Assembly: GCA_950097015.1 (NCBI GenBank)
Contig: CATNEN010000007.1
Span: 372,001-436,000, forward strand
Reading direction: 5' to 3'
Length of the DNA stretch: 64,000 nt
DNA from: Macrostomum hystrix
Lineage: Eukaryota > Animalia > Platyhelminthes
The first letter of the stretch is position 1, and each line of letters starts with the position of its first letter. Of this stretch, positions 55,901 to 64,000 are shown piece by piece. Below the pieces are notes generated by a model. The model was not told the origin of the DNA, made no database searches, and saw only the letters and a program-made list of their open reading frames with translations. Both the position numbers and the translations under genes were made by a program.

Positions 55901-58900
55901 ATGCACCAGTCGGAGCATTGAAAATTGAATATAAACTCCGTCTCTGCCTGTGTGCATAACTAATCAAAGTTTCAGGAAGTAGTGGAATAGCAGGAGAGGT
56001 ACAGACGAACTCAAACTCACCCGGCTGAGTAGATGACGTTGGGTAGGGCGGAGATGTTGACACTAGCCGTGGCGTTTGGCCACTCCGTGTTGCTTCGCTG
56101 CACTTTAATATCCCGCAGGCCGACAACAATTCGGTCCAGAAGGTGCAGCCCCAGAGACATTTGGAAAGCGCTGCCGTTGTTAGCGTTGATGTGGTCGGCC
56201 AGGCGCACTGAGTAGGTGACGGTGAAATTGTTGCGAGAATCATTAGCGAATCGGCTCTTCTTGAGACTGCTCAGGCCGCTGTTCTGTATGCTGTAGAGCA
56301 TTAGCTCTCCGGTGTCCAACTGGAATGTGCCCAGACTGCTGCTCCTTTTGAGGATGTAGGCCTCATTGGCCAGCCCCATCATGTTGCTACCAGCGAAGGT
56401 GATGTTGATTATGTTGACGGTGGCCCAGGCTGAGACATTCGTGTCGGCGTTGCGAAGATCGAGGCGCAGCAGGCTGGAGCAGAACTCGGGCACCTGCAGT
56501 TGAAGCTTCACTTGGACGTAGTCGCCAACGCTCACATACAGGTCACTTGTGGAGTCGAACGATGCATTCAGGACGGTGGACTAAAAAAGCAAAAAATATG
56601 TTTACAGACCAATCAGACCCAAAAGTATTTAAAGTTCACAAGACTCACATTTCCCGTCAGACTGAACTGCGGCGGAGTCGCGGACTGGTTGACAGTAATG
56701 TTCATCTGGTTGACATTGATCTGCTGGTCGCTGACAAAGGCTACGGTGCTCAGCAGGATGTTGCCATTGGGCATGGCCGGGCTGGCGGTCCAGACACGGC
56801 CGAACACGTCGATGACAATCTGCGTTGGAGTTGCAGTTAAATTAGCTCACAGCACATAGAGGGTAGCCTCCTTCGCTGCCCTATCCCGCGCACCATTTTT
56901 CTGCCCCTTTGTCGACATCATTTGATTGGCTGGCCCTGTGTTGTCTCTCACTCCACTTTCTCTAAGGAGGGTGCCCGCCCAGCCAATCAGCTCAGTTCAT
57001 TTCAGCGCTCCGTGACCAAGACACATGTGTTCTAATTAGTTCAACCAGTCGCTTATTGGCTGGTGTGTTGCCCGCTTCTACCTGCTCGTAATTCTCTGTC
57101 TCCAATCCCGTTCGCTCTTAACCATTCAGCTTTAATGGATCCCGCGTGCGTTTTCAGGAAGCTCAAAACACTACACTACACTGTACACTACACTGTACAT
57201 CTAAACCCTCGCGATAGCCAATCTGAACATCGATAGGATAGGAAGACTCGCTATCACCAGACCGTGGGGGTGGGTTGGCTAAGTGTACACTACACTGTAC
57301 ATCTAAACCCTCGCGAGAGCCAATCGGAACTGAACACTCGTTTTTCGCAGAGCGAAATTGTCGAGAGACATCAAGCAGAAGCGGCATTCCATTATTCTGA
57401 CAATTATACAAATCGAAATATTTGCTTCTAGCATAGCTGTCTAGGCCAGCCATTGTGTTTGACAAGCCTGAAATCTGTCCTGTGGGAACAATGCCCTCTG
57501 CTGCAGCCGTAGGCACTGAAAAAATATTAGCCTTCCGAGGACAGAAAAAAGCAAACCAAACAATGGCTGCTCTATGACGGAGAAAAAGATTCTGCATTTG
57601 TATTGTCGATTTTTAATCGATTTTTGTTACAGAAAAAGCCGGCACTCCGAATCATTCTTTGCTTCCATCGCGGAACCGGCAGATAATGGGAGTCCCGCAT
57701 CCTTTCAGCCCCATCTGCCCGGCTTGCCTATCCTCAGAAAAATCACCCTGCCTTCTCTTCCCATCTCTCAGCTCCACCCAGCCCTATAGAAAGTGGCGGC
57801 TCTTGCACTGGCGTTGTTTTTCACGGGTTGCCATGGAAACCTGAGCAGTAGCCGGTCTTGCCAGAGTTACTCAGGCCGCAATGTCTCTGCCCCTGCTTCG
57901 CCCCATATTTGCATCATTATTTGCTGTGTAAAAGCAGTGCGGACCGCCCAAGCCTCTGCTATGCTCAAATTGGTCTCAGAGATGGCCATTGTATGCTCCA
58001 CAGCCTATGTGCATTCTACTACCTTTGTTGTAATTATAGACTTGCCATAATTCTTTATAAAGGCTGCTAAAAAATTACTTATGTCCGATGCAATAAAACA
58101 AGCCCGCCGGAACGCATTGAAAATTCCAACAGATTGAACTAAACGTTAAAAAGCTACTTTACTAAAGCTTTCTTTGAGTATCTTTGTGTGTAAAAGGACA
58201 TGGGCTCCACCAGAAGTACTGGGCCCCTCTCGGGTGCTGGACATTGGCAGAATGGATCCTACCTGGTTGTCACTGGCCAGGCTGCTGTCCTGATAGTTGC
58301 AGACCACGCCAAGGTTTACCGCCACCGTGTCGAAGGCCAGGGAGCCGTTGCTTCACGGAGACATATTAGCGATCAGAGTCGGGATATTGAAAAATCGAAG
58401 CCAGGAAATTACAAAATTATAACCAGAACAAAAACGATTGAAGCTAGAAATTCACAGAATCGAAGATAGGAAATTAAAGAGTCGAAGCTAAAAGATTAAA
58501 TAATATAAAATAATCGAAGCTAGAATCACGGGGAATCGAAGCTAGAATGACGGGGAATCGAAGCTAGAATGGCAGGGAATGGGAGGTCGGTGGCAGAGCG
58601 GTTGACGCGCTTTGCCTCTCGCACCAAGGTCCCTAAGTTCGATTCCACGGCGAGGCCTCATTTATTTGGGGCTCAGCCGCTGAGAGAAGGCTTGGGGGCT
58701 TGTCGAGCAATTTACGCCCTTTAAGGCCAACCCCAAGGCACAGTGAGAGTGTACACTGCCTGACAATGAGAAAGTCAGAGCTGACGTACACACCTGTGTG
58801 AATGTGTGCCTGCGTACAGTATCTGTGTGCGTGTGTGCTCAGGAGTCAGCGAAATGGGCAGAATTGCCTCCTCGCTGGCTGCGGGTCTAGTGTCACTAAA

Positions 58901-61900
58901 TGATGTGCCACTGCCCGGAGTCCTCCTGCAATTATTATTGTTATTATTTATCGCAGGGAATCAAAGCTAGAATAGCAGGAATCGATCGAAGCTAGAATGG
59001 CTGGGAATCGAAGCTAGAATGGCTAGGAATCGAAGCTAGAATGGCTGGGAATCGAAGCAGACGCGCTGGAGTCCTCACCGCTTGGTGACGGTGGCCGCAT
59101 CCGCCCATGGAATAGTACACGGCAGATTCTTTCCAACGCTGAACACGCCACTGTCCAGCAGGTCGACAACATTCGCCACGTCAACCGGCGAGACGAACCT
59201 GACTTCGAGCCGCTGCACGGTGTTCGGCTTCGTGGTGACGGTCAGACGTGCGCGGAAGCCTTGGCCGGGAGCAAACTGGCTGCTGCTGGGCATGCCGTCA
59301 ATCAGAGGCACGATGCTCATCGAGAAGGTTGGCGCCGTCTCATTCTGCAATTGAATCGGCGCGTGCTTTTACTGTGTTCGCAGTGACACTGCCATAAATC
59401 TGTCAGCTGCCACTCACTGTGAGCGTCACAGGCCTGACTCCGGCCGCCACCGTCATAGTGGTGACGGCCTCGACCGGTGTGCTACTTCCGCTGTGGAGCA
59501 CCTGAGCCACCAGATTACTGCTGGCGCCAGCGACGGCGTCAGGCGCGGTGCGAACCGTCACTCGGAGCGACACGGTGTTGGCGTCAGTGTTGGTGTCCGT
59601 CGCGAGCACGAACTCACCTGGTAGGTCGAAGGTTTTGTCTGTTAGTAAGCAAACTCAAATTATTAATCTTTCGCGTTTCATTTTCAGAGAGGCGGCTGTA
59701 TTACGCTCGTAGTTGCTCGCCCCCTATTTCTCCCATTCTTGTCGGCTATCACCTGACTTCTCATCTTCCTCCCGGCTCACCCGAGTTGTGTATGTAGCCG
59801 AGATCGTAGGTGACACTCTGGGACAGGAACTCCTTGTCGGTAGTGTTGAACAGGCTGCGCTGGATGCTGTCAGAGATAGCCGTTTGATTGACACAGCTGA
59901 TATTGCCGCCAACGAATGTGATGGTTGCCGAGCAGACGGACCCAAAGCTTGGCGCAATGATCTTCAGGGTGTACTGGCTCTGACTGTAATTGCTGAACTT
60001 GATCAGCAGCCCAACGGACACTGAGTCCTGGGCGTAGACAGTGAGGTTGCTGGATGCAAATGCCACATAGGGCTTCTTGCTGGCGGCCTACGGAGGGAAA
60101 AGGAGGTTTCGATGGGCAAATCGTATTTGCACTTTTATACCGTTTTATACAAGTCACATAAGGGTGTACATATGCCCTGACTTCTCATGGTCAGGCAGCG
60201 TACACTACTCCCACTGTGCTTGGGGGTTGGCCCCCATAGACGTAAATATAAGCCCACAGGCTCAGAGGCTGCGCCCCAAAAGAATGTGGCCTCGCCACTA
60301 CCGGGACTTTATTGAGATGAGACAAATGCGTTAACTCTGGCACTCATCCCCTCCCCTATTGTTGCCCATAGTTTTAATTAGTTTTCATGTTCTTCATCCC
60401 CTAGCTTCTTCCATCGTGTCCTGTGGACTCTTCACCCACCAGTGCTGGCAGGGTGATGCTGGGCTGCGTGAGCACAGCTGACAGCTGCCCGATCCAGATT
60501 TGGTCGTTGCTGAACTGGATTCCGTAGCTCAGCGAGTAGCTGCTGCCGTTGCCGCTGCTGCTGTGGGCCACGTGGTTCAGCATCTTCACGTGGAAGCGCA
60601 TAATGATCTTGTCATTGTCTGACAGTGCCTCAATTGAAGTGCTCGGTCCAACATTGGAGGTGGTGCCAAGGCTGAAGACAGCCTTGTCATAACTCGTGCT
60701 GTTGTTCCTGTGGATTCGGAATGGCCGAACGCAGAACAATATTTTGTTGAATAAATCTAATTTTCAACGATGACTACAAAAGGCCGCTATAAGCCTCTAA
60801 AACCTCTTCTCTGCATTATGATCATCTCGAAGAGCAAGTCGGACTCACTTTGAAGTCAGGCGAATCTTGTTAATCAACGAACTCTTGTCGCTGCAGCCGA
60901 TGTACTTCCCAACAAAGATCACTTCGGCTCTGCAGACGGTCATCACCGCGCTGTCGTTCATGTAGGGCGCAATGAACTCAAAGTCCATCGGGGCGTAGGT
61001 CACACCGCGGCGCAGCGTCGTGACGGCTTCGACCACGGCCGTCTCGTACAGATTGAAGTAGCTGTCGCCAAGGACGTAGGCCAGGGTCACGATAGGAAGC
61101 GACTCGTTCTGCAAGCGAGATTCGGATGGTTGCCTGTCTGTCTGTTGACTGTTTGAGTAAAATTCTAGCGATTTAGTCACACTAATAAGCATGTGCGCTG
61201 GCAGCTCCTACTACGAGTACAGTCCGAACAAATCAAAAACGCTGTGAAGGCATCCCGCAACGAACTTACTGGCAGACTAGAGATGTTGACGGCGCTAGTG
61301 AAGTTGATCTGACTGATTCCTACCCACTGTTTGTCTGCGTAAGAGACTCCCATGGTAACCAATGCGTTCTCGCCGCCAACGTTCAGCGAATGGTTGTTGA
61401 CAGTAGCAACCAGCTTGACAACTACTCGATTAGCCAGCGAGTCTTGCGTAGTGGTGACACTGCCAGTATTGAACAGACGGGGCAGGCTAATCACTGCGTA
61501 GTCGTACTGGTCACTGGGCACAGTGCCGTTGCCGTAGAGAGTCTGGTAGCGGGCCGCAATGCTCGTCATGCGCTGGTTCAGGCAGGGTATGTTGCGCCCG
61601 GCGTAGGTGACATTCATGGAGCAGATTTTCATTCGACCAAGGCTGGCATTGGACGGCATCAGGGCCTGAATTTCGTAGTCGAGAAGGCCCGGCACAGTGT
61701 CCAGGTAGAGCTCAAACAGAGTCGATTGATCCCGACCGAGGACGCCCGGTCCGATGCGAACTAGGCTGATTGTTGGATTGACTGATGTCTGTTAAGAACA
61801 GACATTGATTTGGTTTCATATTCATGGCTCCGATGATAACTGCTAGCAATATATAATCGATTCAAGCTGAATTGTGTAAATTTTAAATTGCCCTACCGTA

Positions 61901-63703
61901 TTAGGCGACATTGGTGCAGCCGAGGCGCTGGCCACCTTGACGGTTTTGTAGCCGGATACCATGGTTGTCCCGCCAATGTCAACTGACGCGCCAACGTAGG
62001 TGTCGGTACCGACAACGGCGGACTCGTTGGGCCTGATGGCGAAGCTGAACGAAATACGATGGTCGTCGCTGGTGGCATTTGGTTTGTAGAAGACTATAAA
62101 TAAACGTGGGTGAGAACTAAATAAAGTAATACTGCACAAGTGCCAAAGTACGTAAGCACTTAATTAGCCATGCACATAAAGACCCTAGTAACTCGCCTTT
62201 GTTAGTAAATAAGGTTGACGTGAAGGACAGCGTGGACCTGTAAAAGTTGGAGGTCGATGCCTTCTGCTTGGACAGGGAAAACTGGTAGGGCCAGCTGCTG
62301 CGCGGAATGCAGCTGTATCCCTCGCCGCTGCTCAGGGTCGAGTAGATGCCGCAAACTGACAGTATTTCGGTGTCGTTCAACGGTCCAAAGATGTCCAGAG
62401 TGAAGTTGGTGTACAGATAAGGCACAGTGAAGTCCAAGTTGAAGCTGCTGACGATGCCAGGGTAGATGTCCGAGCCGCCGGAAATGTTGATGGACGGTGT
62501 AGCTTTCGCAGTGGTAAAATCCGACCTATCCGTGTTGGCCTGTTTCAGGAGTTTTAGTAATTTTTTGTTAGAGTTCATTAGTTCTAGTTCAGAGTTCTTT
62601 ACACAATCAAGCCCCAGGTCATCGTCTTGTGCGTCTAACAACCTCATTCATTCATCGAAGCGGCCTCACCAAGAATGACGTCTGGCCAATCCAGATGACG
62701 CTCTCGTTGTTGTACTCCGCTCCGGCTGACACCCAGTATTCAGAGTTGTTGGCAACAAAGTTGTTGTACAGGAAGATGGCTTCATAGGACACGCTGATCG
62801 TAAAGTCCCCGTCATTATAAGAGCCAGAGGAGGGCAGGCTGACTGTGCCGAAAGGCAGGGCAACGCGCACGTAGGGCCAGGTGCTGGTGTTGCTTTTGCC
62901 TTCGTAAACAGCGTTCGCCATGACGGTGCTGCGGTTCAGGTTCAGCTTGCTTCCAACACTCACAATCTGGACGTCGCAGATCATGATGACAGCTACTGTC
63001 TCATTGTCTGGCGAGAAGATCTCCATGTTCATGGTCGTGTCGCCCTGGTTTTATTGGAATTTTCGTGTCAATCTTCTTATCATACAACAGACTATATAAT
63101 TGCTATAGAATAGGTCAAGGTATCTTTACTTACGACCGGGAATTGGATGTCCACGCGGAAGGTCAGTTTCTCGCCCATCTTCAGGTGAGTCACGCTGCTT
63201 TTCGGGTAAGTTTGCGAGTAGTTAAAAGTCACATTGCTTGGCGGTGTTGCAGCAGCCTGAGAATTGAGTCACCGGGAAAAACTGTGAATTGAACCTGCCA
63301 CTGGTCACAGGTGGATCAATTTTATCAGTAAAAGCTTGCCCACTGCTCACCCTGCGCTGTCGAGACTTCACTTCCTCTACGCTCACGGACACCTCCGTCA
63401 CGGTTGAGCCTGAAGCGGCAAACTGACCCGGGTTCGAAGCCCGCACGCGAACTCGATACTCGCCAATGGCCAGGCCTGTCGACTTCGCCACAGTCACAAC
63501 GCCGCTGCTGGGATCCACGGAGAACAGTCCCTGCGCGCTGTCGGCTGGCTCCAGACCATAGACTATTGTGGAGTGCTCGCTGGCTGGGCTCATGACAATG
63601 TCCGGATCGTGAGCGTGGACGGTGACGACGTAGGCACCAAGGGCGGCTCCCTCGGGCAGGCTGGCCGAGTATCGGTCTGAGTCGAACTTGGGTAGAGAGT
63701 TGT
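52957..63703 (-). CDS. Very large multi-exon secreted/adhesive protein: cadherin-like domain, about 9 beta-rich repeats, F5/8 type C domain, BNR/Asp-box C-terminus; 5' end beyond window
   Basis: 63703-63372 PKFDSDRYSASLPEGAALGAYVVTVHAHDPD (cadherin). Repeated motif C.[IV]..VG.N[IL].C in successive exons. 54690-54100 discoidin-like (GW.P...YVNV.FG..MKISRI, IRI..RFDLFGC). 53800-53500 LVSEDNGVTW (Asp-box). Putative last exon CYDGIYY..W..CC-stop at 52957. The exact exon boundaries are only partly resolved. Confidence 0.7.
53050..53416 (-). mobile_element. Diverged full-length SINE (second subfamily)
   Basis: Minus strand ggggaggagtgggtagcagagcg... head, collinear but diverged body, ATT-type tail. 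Confidence 0.7.
55129..55470 (-). mobile_element. SINE copy
   Basis: Reverse complement of the family consensus with B-box gagttcgagtcc and (ATT)n tail. Confidence 0.85.
58515..59058. repeat. About 20-bp minisatellite interrupted by the SINE
   Basis: Unit ggaatcgaagctagaatggc(a/t)g on both sides of the SINE. Confidence 0.85.
58581..58952 (+). mobile_element. Full-length tRNA-derived SINE with target-site duplication
   Basis: A box tggcagagcgg, B box gttcgattcc, (ATT)n tail, 9-bp TSD gcagggaat at 58572-80 and 58953-61. Confidence 0.92.
60165..60345 (-). mobile_element. SINE fragment (diverged 5'/central part)
   Basis: ctgactttctcat..ggcagcgtacact..ctgtgcttgggg match to the family. Confidence 0.65.
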
Positions 63704-63819
63704 CTGCGGGGGCGAGCGGGATCGTATGTGCAATGCATTTAATGACCGGAGGGCTGTGGGCACTGGCAAATACAGTTGGTGACAGTATAGATCTGCAGCC
63801 AGCAAGAGGCACTGCTGCT

Positions 63820-64000
63820 CATTCCGCTGACTCTTGAGCATACACGCACAGGTGTGCCCTGACTTTCTCATCATCAGGTAGTGTACATTTTCTCTGTGCC
63901 TTGGGCCCTTTCTTTGGGCCCTCTAGTATGTGAATTGCGCAGGCTCAAAAGCCTTCTCTCCGCGGCAGTGCATCGGAGAATTATCGCGGCCTCTTCGCGG
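63820..64000 (-). mobile_element. SINE fragment (central part), runs off window
   Basis: ctgactcttgagca..ccctgactttctcatcatcagg..gccttctctccgcggc. Confidence 0.7.

Overview
This is animal genomic DNA with spliceosomal introns. The likely source is a flatworm such as Macrostomum; that is inferred from the SINE family, minisatellite-filled introns and GC-rich exons, not proven. Contents from left to right: the end of a CUB/C-type-lectin exon; a head-to-tail Helitron dimer; LIPT2 and MRPL39; a mariner inserted in a minisatellite; and a tandem cluster (about 17-41 kb) of four compact Rel/NF-kB-like genes. I assembled these four genes exon by exon with consistent splice phases. Each encodes only a Rel homology domain (DNA-binding subdomain plus IPT dimerisation subdomain). 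Three end directly after a basic NLS (RKRP or KRKR then stop), with no transactivation or ankyrin tail. The fourth has lost both the DNA-contact residues and the NLS. The DNA-binding exon is homogenised between otherwise divergent paralogs, and kB-like motifs, including a 13-unit array, lie inside the cluster. This cluster is the best candidate for an undescribed system. Further right are a 5-exon metabotropic glutamate receptor (minus strand) and a very large secreted cadherin/beta-repeat/F5-8C protein (minus strand) that runs off the window. Also present: a young Gypsy LTR element, a foldback element family, a tRNA-derived SINE family and many minisatellites. All exon models and identity counts were made by eye.
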